Origin: Euglena gracilis
Lineage: Eukaryota
Length of the DNA stretch: 64,000 bases
NCBI GenBank assembly: GCA_039621445.1
Contig: CP154954.1
Location: 31,334,012 to 31,398,011 of the forward strand
Direction: 5' to 3'
The notes beneath the pieces were generated by a model. That model was not told the DNA's origin and made no database searches. It saw only the letters and a list, made by a program, of their open reading frames with translations. Below, in pieces: positions 1-11,819 of the stretch. Each line of letters starts with the position of its first letter. The first letter of the stretch is position 1. Both the position numbers and the translations under genes were made by a program.

Positions 1-2215
1 CCCAACTGTTCGCGGGCCCCAAAATAACAAAATCCCTTGTGTTACCCACCCGATTGGGGGATCAAATCCCTTTTGTTGCCCAACTGTTCGAGGGCCCCAA
101 AATAACAAAATCCCTTGTGGTACCCACGGTTTGAGGCAACCACTCCTTGTGAACCCAACTGATTTGGGGGGCAAATCCCTTTTGTGCCCCAATGTTCGAG
201 GGCCCCAAATAACAAAATCCCTTGTGTTACCCACCACTTTGGGGGGCAAATCCCTTGTTGCCCAAACTGTTCGAGGGCCCCAAAATAACAAATCCCTTGT
301 GTTACCCACCCGTTTTGGTGGCAAATCCCTTTTGTTGCCCAACTGTTCGAGGGCCCCAAAATAACAAAATCCCTTGTGTTACCCACCCGTTTCTGTTCGA
401 GGGCCCCAAAATAACAAATCCCTTGTGTTACCCACCCGTTTTGGGGGCAAAACCCTGTTGTTGCCCAACTGTTCGAGGGTCCCAAAATAACAAAATCCCT
501 TGTGTTACCCACCCATTTCGGGGGACAAATCCCTTTTGTTGCCCAACTGTTCGAGGGCCCCAAAATAACAAAATCCCTTGTGTTACCCACCCGTTTTGAG
601 GGGCAAATCCCTTGTGAAACCCAACTGATTTGGGGGGCAAAACCCTTTTGTTGCCCAACTGTTCGAGGGTCCCAAAATAACAAAATCCCTTGTGTTACCC
701 ACCCGTTTTGGTGGCAAATCCCTTTTGTTGCCCAACTGTTCGAGGGCCCCAAAATAACAAAATCCCTTGTGTTACCCACCCGTTTTGGGGGCAAATCCCT
801 TGTGAAACCCAACTGATTTGGGGGGCAAAACCCTTTTGTTGCCCAACTGTTCGAGGGTCCCAAAATAACAAAATCCCTTGTGTTACCCACCCGTTTTGGT
901 GGCAAATCCCTTTTGTTGCCCAACTGTTCGAGGGCCCCAAAATAACAAAATCCCTTGTGTTACCCACCCGTTTTGGTGGCAACTCCCTTTTGTTGCCCAA
1001 CTGTTCGAGGGCCCCAAAATAACAAAATCCCTTGTGTTACCCACCCGTTTTGGTGGCAAATCCCTTTTGTTGCCCAACTGTTCGAGGGCCCCAAAATAAC
1101 AAAATCCCTTGTGTTACCCACCCGTTTTGGTGGCAAATCCCTTTTGTTGCCCAACTGTTCGAGGGCCCCAAAATAACAAAATCCCTTGTGTTACCCACCC
1201 GTTTTGGGGGCAAAACCCTTTTGTTGCCCAACTGTTCGAGGGCCCCAAAATAACAAAATCCCTTGTGTTACCCACCCATTTCGGGGGACAAATCCCTTTT
1301 GTTGCCCAACTGTTCGAGGGCCCCAAAATAACAAAATCCCTTGTGTTACCCACCCGTTTTGAGGGGCAAATCCCTTGTGAAACCCAACTGATTTGGGGGG
1401 CAAAACCCTTTTGTTGCCCAACTGTTCGAGGGTCCCAAAATAACAAAATCCCTTGTGTTACCCACCCGTTTTGGTGGCAAATCCCTTTTGTTGCCCAACT
1501 GTTCGAGGGCCCCAAAATAACAAAATCCCTTGTGTTACCCACCCGTTTTGGGGGCAAATCCCTTGTGTTCCCCAAATGTTCGAGGGCCCCAAACTAACAA
1601 AATCCCTTGTGTTACCCACCCATTTCGGGGGACAAATCCCTTTTGTTGCCCAACTGTTCGAGGGCCCCAAAATAACAAAATCCCCTGTGTTACCCACCCA
1701 TTTTGAGGGGCAAATCCCTTGTGAAACCCAGCTGATTTGGGGGGCAAAACCCTTTTGTTGCCCAACTGTTCGAGGGTCCCAAAATAACAAAATCCCTTGT
1801 GTTACCCACCCGTTTTGGGGGACAAATCCCTTTTGTTGCCCAATTGTTCGAGGGTCCCAAAATAACAAAATCCCTTGTGTTACCCACCCGTTTTGAGGGG
1901 CAAATCCCTTGTGAAACCCAACTGATTTGGGGGGCAAAACCCTTTTGTTGCCCAACTGTTCGAGGGTCCCAAAATAACAAAATCCCTTGTGTTACCCACC
2001 CGTTTTGGGGGACAAATCCCTTTTGTTGCCCAATTGTTCGAGGGTCCCAAAATAACAAAATCCCTTGTGTTACCCACCCGTTTTGGGGGGCAAACTGATT
2101 TGGGGGGCAAATCCCATTTGTTGCCCAACTGTTCGAGGGTCCCAAAATAACAAAATCCCTTGTGTTAGCCACCCGTTTTGGGGGGCAAAGCCCTTGTGTA
2201 ACCAAACTGATTTGG
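1..2215. repeat. Tandem satellite, ~77-bp monomer with occasional ~35-bp GAAACCCAACTGATTTGGGGG insertions
   Basis: Repeating unit CCCAACTGTTCGAGGGCCCCAAAATAACAAAATCCCTTGTGTTACCCACCCGTTTTGGTGGCAAATCCCTTTTGTTG. ORF starts recur every 77 bp (878, 955, 1032, 1109). Confidence 0.97.
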
Positions 2216-2428
2216 CGACCCTAAGTCGACCCTAGGGTTGTAGGGGGGGGGGGAGGTCGTGGGGTGGGCCGACCCTAGGGTCGGCCCACGACCCTAAGGC
2301 GACCCTGGGGTCGGCGACCCTAGGGTCGGCCCACTAGGGGGGTCTCCCGGACGGCTCCTTGGGCGACCTTTGGCGACCGTGGGCCGACCCTAGGGTCGGC
2401 CCACAACCCCCCCCCCAGGCCAGATCTA
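2216..2428. repeat. Cluster of CGACCCTAGGGTCG palindromes at the end of the satellite
   Basis: Perfect 26-bp palindrome GTGGGCCGACCCTAGGGTCGGCCCAC at 2264-2289 and 2379-2404. Degenerate copies at 12873-12898 and 32118-32142. Confidence 0.85.
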
Positions 2429-2433
2429 CCCCC

Positions 2434-2787
2434 CCCGAGCTGCTTGCCTTGGAACAAGCTGTCCACTTCGCCCATAACACTGGTCTCCATCCCTGCACTA
2501 TTATTGGTGACAACCTTTCCTCTCTCCACCTCCTTTCACACTTCACTCCCTCCCTCTCGAACCTACCCCTTTGTAAAGACCTCCGCCGTTTACTGAACTT
2601 TCTTATGCGTACCAAACTCATTGCCCACCTACTTTGGTGCCCTTCGTCCCTCCAACCTGCTGACCCGATCTCCCGTTGGAACCTGTCCCCCTACTTATCA
2701 CTCCCAAACCAATCTGTTGAAGAACGATTCTCCTCTCTCTGTCGTTCCTTCCATCAATGCCGCCCCATCGGGATCCTTCACGGGTAA
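2434..2787 (+). pseudogene. C-terminal fragment of a DIRS/Ngaro-type retrotransposon RNase H
   Basis: ELLALEQA...IIGDN...LLWCPSSLQPADPISR matches the E...DN...W.PS..N/P.AD.xSR pattern of YR-retrotransposon RNase H. The N-terminus is missing. Confidence 0.65.
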
Positions 2788-2897
2788 CGGTGGGTGTGTT
2801 GTCCATTCCCATGTGTTCCCATGCTTCGCGGATCCTACGATCCCTGATCGCCAGATCCGCGACAGTAAATTAGGTATTGGCACTGTCCATCCCCTGT

Positions 2898-3547
2898 TCT
2901 GCAGGCCCATGGCCTTTGCAGGCCACTGGGACAAAATGGTGCAACAGGACAAAAAGGTGTCACAGGGGGGCCTTTGCAGGCCCAGGGCCTTTGCAGGCCA
3001 CTGGAGCAAAATGGTGTTGGAGGGGGGCCTTTGCAGGCCCAGGGCCTTTGCAGGCCACTGGGGCAAAATGGTGCAACAGACCGAAATGATGTTACAGGGG
3101 GGCCTTTGCAGGTCCAGTGACTTTGCAGGACATTGGGGTAAAACAGTGTCACTGAGGGGTTGGGGTGGCAAAATGCTTTTCAATGTCAAGTCAAAACTGC
3201 TGCAAAAAGTGTCACTGAGGGGTTGGGGTGGCAAAATGTTTTTCAATGTCCAGCCAAAACTGCTGCAAAATGTGTCACAGCTTTTGGTGTAACATGTGCT
3301 GTGAAAACTGGGGTTTGCCACTTCAATTGATCACAGGTTTGGGATGCAATGCAGAACACAGAAAAGAAGACACTGGAGCTGAAAGTGGCACCTGATGGTT
3401 GGCAGATGGGGGGCCTTTGCAGGCCCAATGGGGGGGGCCTTTGCAGGCCCAATGGGGGGGGCCTTTGCAGGCCCAAGACGAGGGGCCTTTGCAGGCCCAG
3501 AGGGAGGGGCTTTGCAGGCCCAATGGGGGGGGGCCTTTGCAGGCCCA
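2898..3547. repeat. Degenerate tandem repeats of the near-palindrome GGCCTTTGCAGGCC
   Basis: More than 10 copies of GG(G)CCTTTGCAGGCC(C), with ~21-bp period at 3410-3547. Confidence 0.85.
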
Positions 3548-3639
3548 ATAGGAACCAGCAGGGCTGAAAAGCCCAGTAAGTCGAACTTCTGGGGCTGCAG
3601 ATAAGGGCTGAGAAACCCACTTCAACTGGAGAACTTGTC

Positions 3640-3797
3640 CTCGAACTGAACTGCACCTTGGTCTCGGCTATGAACTTGAACTTGAACTTGAACTTGAACC
3701 CTTTTTCTTTGAACTTGATACCAGTACTTGTTACTTGAATTGTTCTTGTAACTTGAACTGCCAGGGACTTCACCTTGACCAGCACTTTTAACTTGAA
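3640..3797. repeat. GAACTT microsatellite-like tract
   Basis: (GAACTT)4 at ~3672-3699 with degenerate copies on either side. Confidence 0.7.
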
Positions 3798-4740
3798 CCC
3801 CTCCAGGGGCTTTCACTTCTCGACCATGTGATATGTCGAAAAAAAATAGACACCCAGAAAGTTTTTGCGCATTAGGACTTCCCTGCCTATTGTCGGACCA
3901 GAATTCGCCCTCAGGTGACACCTCTGAACTGTGTGTGGGATCGACCGGAGACACCAAAAAAAAGTTTGAAATCCCACCCCCACCTCTTGTCTCAAGGATG
4001 CAAAAATCATCGCAGATTTTCCGAGAAAGGAGAAAATTTTTGTTTCTTCACACCAAGTGTCAATATGCCAATGGTCTCAATCAAAGATTTTCACCTGAAC
4101 TTTGCGTCCAAGTGGATGCACATGGGTTGTGCCGCAAATGCTCCAACGCTCTGAACTGGCATGGCCACAATCCATTCACCCTGTCTGCAGGCAACCAATG
4201 TCATCCCCTCAGTTTGATGATTTTTTGCCCCTTCCAAATTCCATTTACACTGAGCTTGAACTTCCAACTGACTTGTGGACCAAGGCAGTCAAGCTCCTCC
4301 TTTATCATCCCAGTGGGTGTGTCCAGGTGGGGTGGTACGGTGAATCGCAAGGGAAGTAAGGGAAGGGAATCGGCCAAACAGCCATCGACCCCTCCCACCT
4401 CCTCCCGTATTTTCGGGAGCACCAATTTTCGACCCCAAAATTTTTTCCCGGATTTGTTAAAAAAAACCTGTGAAATTGCTGCAGTGGGGTGGGTCGACCC
4501 CCCCCCCCCGGATGGGGAGTCGACCCACCCAACAGGCCCTCCCGAACTGCCCCCCAATGATCCATGGGTTTTCATTCATTTGCGGTGGACAATGGGCACT
4601 CCTTTATCTGATGGTTCCATCAGACACGCAAATGCCATGCCCCCCCCCCGAGCTGCCCCCCCCCCCCTAGCATTGCGGCGAAAGAAATATTGAAATATTT
4701 CATGAAATTTCACAAATATATTTTCTTATCGGTGAAAGAT

Positions 4741-5360
4741 TTAAAAACGTGTTCAGCCCGCCAAATGCCTGCCCTGAAATTCGTGGTCATGAACACGTTT
4801 TCAATGAGGGCATTTGTGGCAATGACACGTTTTCCATCAAGGCATCTGTGTTCAGGCACGTTTTCAATGAGGGCATTTGTGGCAATGACACGTTTTCCAT
4901 TAAGGCATCTGTGTTCAGGCACGTTTTCCATTAGGGCATCTGTGGCAACCCCGAGCAAGAAGCAAAAATCGCTGTCATGAAAAAACGGCGTGCGGTTGAG
5001 AGGCCGGGTGGTCCTCAACGGGTGAGGCGGGTCGGGGGCACTCTAACAACACGACAGAAGGCTAGGTTGCCTTGGAGCACAACGACAGGGAGTGGCGGAC
5101 TTCACGGCACACGACACGCTTTACACAAAAAAGAGCCATACTTTGGTGGCTCTTTTGCCAAATCTTGGCAATGAAAATGATATGCCAATCCGCAGGCGTC
5201 ACAGACAACTTTGTTCAGCTCCACACAATTTGGATTTTTGGGAATGGCAACACCACAAAAACCACATTTCTCGTGTTTTACGTGTTCAGGGGGCCCCCTT
5301 CGGGGCCCCCTGGCTGAACACGTTTTCAGGCTGAAATCTGGGCTCAGCCACAATTTGTAT
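4741..5360 (-). mobile_element. Shorter inverted copy of the 7513-9016 element
   Basis: 4741-5280 is the reverse complement of ~8259-9016 (TIR, 60-bp repeats, internal sequence), lacking ~8450-8630. 5281-5360 matches the 7513-7625 hairpin. Confidence 0.8.
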
Positions 5361-6001
5361 GTAGAAATGTGTACCATCCTATCAACCTATTTGAATAGGA
5401 AAAGCATGAGGAGGTCCTGGTGGATCCTTCATGGTTGCAAAAATGAAGGAAATATTTTTCAGTTTCCGAAATATTTCCGAAATGTTTCTGAAATATTTCT
5501 GAAATGAAATTTATTTTCCCAATCTTTCGAAAGATACCCAATGCCACCCCCCCTCCCGAGCTATTCCCATAGGGGGGTTGGTTCACCCCTCCCCCCCCCT
5601 CTCCGAGGGGCTCGCCACGCCATTTCCCCCCTCCCCCCCCCCTAGCCAGACCCCCTTGCCACGCCACCTGTTACATTTTGCAACCATGGTACACCCCTCC
5701 CCCCCCCTCCGAGACCCGCTCGCCACGCCATTTACCCCCTCCCCTCCCCCCTATTCGGACCCCCTCGCCACGGCGTACCAACCCCCCATAGGAGGGACGG
5801 GAATAACTCACTGTCATAGCACTTTTTATAAAGAACTTCCGAAAGAAGTGCTCAAAAATCGACCTTTTTGGGACGTTTTCAAAAATCACTTTTTGTCGAA
5901 TGTGCATTGACCATTTTTTGCAAACATCCAAAAAAAAGTTGCCAAAAATGACCCCTTTTGGGCTGCCCGAGGGTCGGGTATGGGAACAGCTCGGGGGGGG
6001 G

Positions 6002-6722
6002 GGGTACTTGTCTGTTAGTCGATCCACGGCAAAACAGGTCGATCCACACCTATTTTTACCCCCCCCCCCCCTAGTCGTACGACCACCCCTCTGCCGGCGC
6101 GAAGCGCCGGATTTTTGAAAAATGGGACATTTGGGGGGGGGTAAATCTGCCATTTTGGGACAGTTTTCACACACTTCTACGACCGCCCCCTCATCTATGA
6201 CCACCCCCCGGTCACAGGTTGCAGGTTATGGGGGTGTTATGACCACCCCCCCCCCCCCCGGTCACAGGTTGCAGGAACCCGGTCATACGACTAGGGGGGG
6301 GGGGTAGGTACCTCCACCTATTTTTGGGTCGATGGTCAGAAGGTACGGCTGGTGTCGGCACAGGAGAGAGTTATGGTTAGGGTTAGGGTTTAGGGTTTTG
6401 GGTTTGGGTTTGGGTTTAGGGTTGGGTTAGGGTTTAGGGTTTTGGGTTTGGGTTTGGGTTTAGGGTTGGGTTAGGGTTTAGGTAACCCTAACCCTAACCC
6501 AAACCCAGAACCCTAACCCTAACTCTAACCCTGATCCCTGACCCTAACCCTCACTCTCTACTCTAACCCAAACCCTTTAGACACTGTGCCGACACCAGCC
6601 GTATTCTGACCCTGTTTTGTGCTTTCCCTGTCCATCAGTGAGCCAAAGTAGGCCAAAAATAGGTGTGGATCGACTAACAGACTTGATGCACTGCTGTGGA
6701 TCGACTAACAGACAAGTACCGG
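6002..6722. mobile_element. TIR element containing two nested TIR elements (~6060-6306 and ~6343-6604)
   Basis: Outer GTACTTGTCTGTTAGTCGATCCAC / GTGGATCGACTAACAGACAAGTAC. Inner CTAGTCGTACGACC / GGTCATACGACTAG and ACGGCTGGTGTCGGCACAG / CTGTGCCGACACCAGCCGT. Confidence 0.8.
6372..6575. repeat. Interstitial telomere-like repeats in head-to-head orientation
   Basis: TTAGGG/TTTAGGG/TTTGGG units to ~6482, then CCCTAA/CCCAAA units from ~6486. Confidence 0.9.
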
Positions 6723-6787
6723 GGGACCTAGGTCCCCGAGCTGTCCCCCCCGTACTGTTCCCATTGGGGGAGTGCCAAACGGTAGAC

Positions 6788-9680
6788 TGGGGGGGGGGGT
6801 AGTGGGTAGTCGGCCGACTAGTCGGCCGACCAATTGGGTAGTCGGCCGACTAATTGGTTGGCCGACTAGTCGGCGGACCAATTGGGTAGTCGGCCGACTA
6901 CCCACTCTAATGTACTAACGGGTCAAAACCGCCGACTTTTAAGCCCCCCCCCCTGGGAATTTTTTTTGTCTAAATCGCCTCAACACCAGTCAAAACCCAC
7001 CCAAATGGCTCCAGAACCCCCAAATCGGGGGTGAATACGCAAAAAAATTGGGGGAAAATGTCCATTTTGGGCCACTTTTGACAAAAGGCCCCCCCGCACC
7101 CCCCCCTCAAATAACAAAATCCCTTCTGTGTTGGCAACATACTCGGGGGCTAAGTCGTTTTTGTGGCTTACTTTGGCATAGGCGGGGGGGGCTTCCGCCC
7201 CCCCCCCCCCGCCCCCCCCCCCTCAAATAACAAAAACCCTTCTATGTTGGCTATGGACTTGGAGGGATAAGACCCTTTTTTTGTGCAAATTTTGACTTAT
7301 ATTGAAAATTCAATGGGGAGAGGTGTACTTTGCGGAGCCCCCCCCCGCCTATGCCAAAGTGAGCCACAAAAAACGGCTTAGCCCCCGAGTATGTTGCCAG
7401 CACAGAAGGGATTTTGTTATTTGAGTCTCGGATTGGGGTGGAGGGGGGAGTTTTCTGCCTCTCGTGATGCAGAACGCAGATTGCAGATTGCATTTCTAAA
7501 GGATTTTTATACACAAATTGTGGCTGAGCCCAGATTTCAGCCTGAAAACGTGTTCAGCCAGGGGCCCCCGAAGGGGGCCCCTGAACACGTTTTCAGGCTG
7601 AAATCTGGGCTCAGCCACAATTTGTTTAAAAACGTTTTCAGAGCCCGCCAAATGCCTGCCCTGAAATTCGTGGTCATGATTCACGCAAGGGGTCAAAAAC
7701 GCGAATTTGTGAAATTCGGACCCAAAAAACGGCGCCCTCACTGAAAACGTGCCTGAACCCGGATGCCTTCACTGAAAACGTGTCATTGACACAAATGCCC
7801 TCACTGAAAACGTGCCTGAACCCGGATGCCTTCACTGAAAACGTGTCATTGCCACAAATGCCCTCACTGAAAACGTGTCACCCCCCCCCCTTTTTTTCTT
7901 TTTTTCTTTATTCCCGCAGCCTTGCCAATATGGCCAAACGCACGGCAAACTTTGTGAATGGTCTTTTGCCACCTCCCCCTAGGACGGACCCCCTTCATGG
8001 CACCTTGCTGGCACAGGGCAACACAAAGAAAAAGTCCGGCTCCGTAGGTGCAGAGCTTGCTGCTGTTGCCAACTGTTTGGAGTTCGCCAAACTGTGTCAA
8101 CATCGGCAAGCCTGTTATCCTGAGCTGGATGCTTTCTTTGTTGCCTGGACGGGATGGGAGCTGGAACCCAGCCTGTTGTTCGATGAGGCGAGCGTCATCG
8201 AACAGTGTGTGGTCCCCTGACCAACCCCCTGTGCCTCGTGCTGTGTCCCGACTGCCAATAAAACACGAGAAATGTGGTTTTTGTGGTGTTGCCATTCCCA
8301 AAAATCCAAATTGTGTGGAGCTGAACAAAGTTGTCTGTGACGCCAAACAAACAAAGTTGTCTGTGAACAAAGTTGTCTGTGATTGGCATATCATTTTCAT
8401 TGCCAAGATTTGGCAAAAGAGCCAAAGTATGGCTCTTTTGTGTCAAGAAACTGTGTTCGGGCCAAGACTTAGGGGGAGCCCAGGGGCGGGGACCGCGACG
8501 CCGAAGGCGCCGCGGTCGCCCCTGGGCCCCCCTAAAACCTTGGCCCAAAACACTGTTCTTGTTTGAAACCGTGTTTTGGGCGAAGATTTAAGACTTTTAA
8601 AGTCTCGAAATCGGCCCAAACACGGTTTCTTTGTGTAAAGCGTGTCGTGTGCCGTGATGTCCGCCACTCTGTTTCGTTGTGCTCCAAGGCAACCTAGCCT
8701 TCTGTTGTGTTGTAGAGTGCCCCCGACCCGCCTCACTCGTTGAGGACCACCCGGCCTCGCAACCACACGCCGATTTTTCATGATAGTGTTTTTTGCTTTT
8801 TACTCAGGGTTGCCACAGATGCCCTCACTGAAAACGTGCCTGAACCCGGATGCCTTCACTGAAAACGTGTCATTGACACAAATGCCCTCATTGAAAACGT
8901 GCCTGAACCCGGATGCCTTCACTGAAAACGTGTCATTGCCACAAATGCCCTCATTGAAAACGTGTTCATGACCACGAATTTCAGGGCAGGCATTTGGCGG
9001 GCTGAACACGTTTTTAATGTAATCCCTGTTTCATCATTGGTTTTTTACCCCTCCGGACCCCCATCAAGGGCCCACCGACCCCCCACTGACCAAAGATTTC
9101 CATCTGGGGGTGTTTATTTAGGCGTAAGACACTTATTTGGACCCATCCGGACCATTTCCGGGTGATTTGGGCCCGCCACAGACCATTTTTATGACCGCCG
9201 ACCAGCCACCGACTAGTTTCCATTGGATTTTGTTCATGGGGGGGGGCTTAAAAGTCGGCGGTTTTGACCCGTTAGTACATTAGAGTGGGTAGTCGGCCGA
9301 CTAGTTGGCCGACTACCCACTACCCCCCCCCCTGTCTCGCCGACTAGCTACCGACTAGGCCTAGTCGGTGGACCAATTGGGTAGTCGGCCGACTAGGGGG
9401 GGTCGGCACCCCCCTCCCCCCCCCCCCCTCACCGACCCCCTCGCCACGCCATTTTACCCCCCCCTCCCCCCCCTTTTCAGACCCCCTCGCCACGCCATGT
9501 CAGGCCCGCCAAAGAAAATTTTCTTGGTAAACCCCCGCGCACCCCTCCCCCCCCCCATCCGGGACCCCCTCGCCACGCCAAAAAACGCCAAAAACCCCCC
9601 TCCCCCCCCCCCCTAGCAGGAAACCTCGCCACGGCGGCCACCCCCTAGTCGGCCCACTACCCACTACCCCCCCCCCCAGT
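6788..9680. mobile_element. Large nested inverted-repeat structure with TAGTCGGCCGACTA subrepeats
   Basis: 6790-6952 is the reverse complement of 9238-9332 (..CTAACGGGTCAAAACCGCCGACTTTTAAGC..). 6781-6822 pairs with 9645-9686. Confidence 0.7.
7513..9016 (+). mobile_element. Composite non-autonomous element: 113-bp hairpin, ~50-bp TIRs beginning TTAAAAACG, 60-bp internal tandem repeats
   Basis: Hairpin at 7513-7625. TIRs at 7626-7679 and 8966-9016 (GCCCGCCAAATGCCTGCCCTGAAATTCGTGGTCATGA). CACTGAAAACGTG repeats at 7738-7880 and 8820-8965. Confidence 0.75.
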
Positions 9681-10949
9681 CTACCGCCTTGCGCCCATTG
9701 GGGGTGTCTCCCCCGCGTCCCCCCCCCCCTGCATCCCCCCCGCGTCCCACTTTCGAACCAAAATTTTGTTCTCGAGACAGCCAACTTTAGGAGGCTGATT
9801 CCGTCCCAAAAATGGCGTCTCCCCCGCGTCACCCCCCCCCCTCGTGTCCCCCCCCCCCGTCCCCTACACCCCATAAAGGATCCCGGGGCCGTAAGGGGTC
9901 CCAGGGCTCAGCACTACACAAAAATTGTCATGTAGGAAGGGGGGGACATGTTAATTGACGTGCCCTTTCGACCTTTTGCGGGGGGATTGGGGTTAGGGTA
10001 CCCTGTATCAACCCTTCCCTGACGTAAGTCGAAAACTGACCATAATGGAGCTTTGGCAGGGGGGGGGAGGGGGGGTCCCGAGGTCAGTTTTTTTTTGCAT
10101 TTTTTTGGCACTTTTTGCTGTACTGTCTCAACACAGGGGGGGGGGGAGGGTCCTGGGGTCCCAACTGTACTGCCAACCCCCCCTCAAAAATTGGCCAAAA
10201 ACCGGCGCCGAAGGCGCCGGAAAAATTTTTTAGGGCCTTTTTTTGGTCCAAAAAGGCCATTTTTGGTGTCAAAATTTTCATCTGTCTCGGACCGTTCGGC
10301 ACTGGGGGGGGGGTCCCAAAAATCCCAACTGTACAGGGGGGGGGAGGGGGGGGTCCCCAAAAAACCCCAACTGTACTGCCGTCGCCCCAATGGTAACCCC
10401 TCACCCTCACATTCAACCCTCAAATTCAAGCCCAACCTGAATCCTGTGTTTGACCCAAATTTGGGGGGGCCTTTGGCGTCAAAGGCGCCGAAGGAAAATG
10501 GCCACTTTGAGAAGGGGTAAACCAAAATGTGTCAAAATTTTTGGCCTGTTTGGGGGGGGGACACTTTGAGGGGGGTGAGGATATGAGTTTACTGCTTTGT
10601 ACTGTCAGAATCTTGGCTGGAGAGCATTGATAAAAGTGAGCCCACATTGGTCGGGAAGGCGTGCCCTGTAGATCTTCGGCTCAAAGATGAAATGAGCTTT
10701 GGAGCTCCCTTCGATGGGTGCAGTGATCATGCCCACACCTTTCCCTGTTGTTTTTTTAAAAAAAAATCAACAATCAAGTATTGCGGGAGTCTGCTTGACA
10801 TCATAAAACCAGAAATGTGATGGGGAACCTTTCTTGGGGAGTGCCCTTGAAAAAAGTTGTCAATGTCCGCAGAACACAAACCCTCCCTTTCCCCCCGTTT
10901 TTGTGCCCCCCCCCCCCCCGAAAGCAAGAACAGATGCTAACTCGCTTCT

Positions 10950-11150
10950 GTATGGTTCATTATGCTTCTTAAACCAAACATCCAATTCTTAAAACAAACA
11001 CAAATTTCGACTCTGATCGATCCGACGATCGCGAGCGCATCTCTGCTGCGTGCAATGTTGGGTTGAAAGCTCTTTTCAACAGACGTCCAGTGATGGTAGT
11101 CAGATTTTTCCATGCTCGGTACCCATATTCTAAAACAGGAACAATGTTCA
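10950..11150 (-). pseudogene. Possible decayed non-LTR retrotransposon fragment (post-RT region)
   Basis: NIVPVLEYGYRAW resembles the I.PxLEYG...W motif downstream of LINE RT domains. Neighbouring minus-strand sequence to ~12680 is stop-ridden. Confidence 0.35.
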
Positions 11151-11151
11151 C

Positions 11152-11819
11152 CAAAATTGGATAAACCCCCCCCCCCCATTTAAACCGACCCGTCGGTTTA
11201 GGACTTTTGGGTTGGCGGAAATCCTGGAGGGGGTCGGTTTAGACGGGGGGTCGGTTTCAGAGGGAGCACATGGCTGGCCGACGGCATGACGGAAGCAGGT
11301 TGATGTTAGCAAGGCAATTTCAATTGGCAAATGCCCAATTTGGTCGGCCAATTCCTAACTTTGAGTGACAAATGCCTAATTTGGGATGCAAATTCTTAAT
11401 TTTTGTGGGCAAATGCTGAATTTTGGGTGTAATATCCAGTTTTTTGGTGGCAAACTGCCTAATTTTGGGTACAAACTTCAAATTTTAGATAGCAAATACC
11501 AAATTTTGTAATTTTTGGTTTCAACACCAAATTTTCGGAGGAAAATGCCAAATTTGAGGTGCAAACTCCAAAATTTGGAAGCAAATGCCTGATTTTGGGT
11601 GTAAAATCCCAATTTTGGGTCATCAATACTAATTATTCAATGAACATGGACGCTCTGTCCGTTGGCGGCTTCCATTATGCTGTGCATGTTTGTCATCCAA
11701 CTTGCCATGGGTCAGTTTATTTCTTTTTTTGGTTGAAATTCTGCAATGGGTCGGTTTGGAAGGGTAGGTCGGTTTAGAAGGGGAGTCGGTTTAAATGGGG
11801 GGGGGGTTTTACCCACCCT
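11152..11819. mobile_element. MITE-like TIR element
   Basis: TAAACCCCCCCCCCCCATTTAAACCGAC near 11162 pairs with GTCGGTTTAAATGGGGGGGGGGTTTA near 11786-11811. Confidence 0.7.

Noticed and set aside
1-2215. CRISPR array or repeat-protein gene
   Set aside because: The units are contiguous and near-identical with no unique spacers and no cas genes. The 77-bp period is not a multiple of 3, so the ORFs are artefacts.
2898-3547. CRISPR-like palindromic repeats
   Set aside because: The core is only 14 bp, the spacing is irregular, and the intervening sequences are themselves repeated.
6372-6575. True chromosome end
   Set aside because: The tract is short, degenerate, internal and enclosed by inverted repeats.
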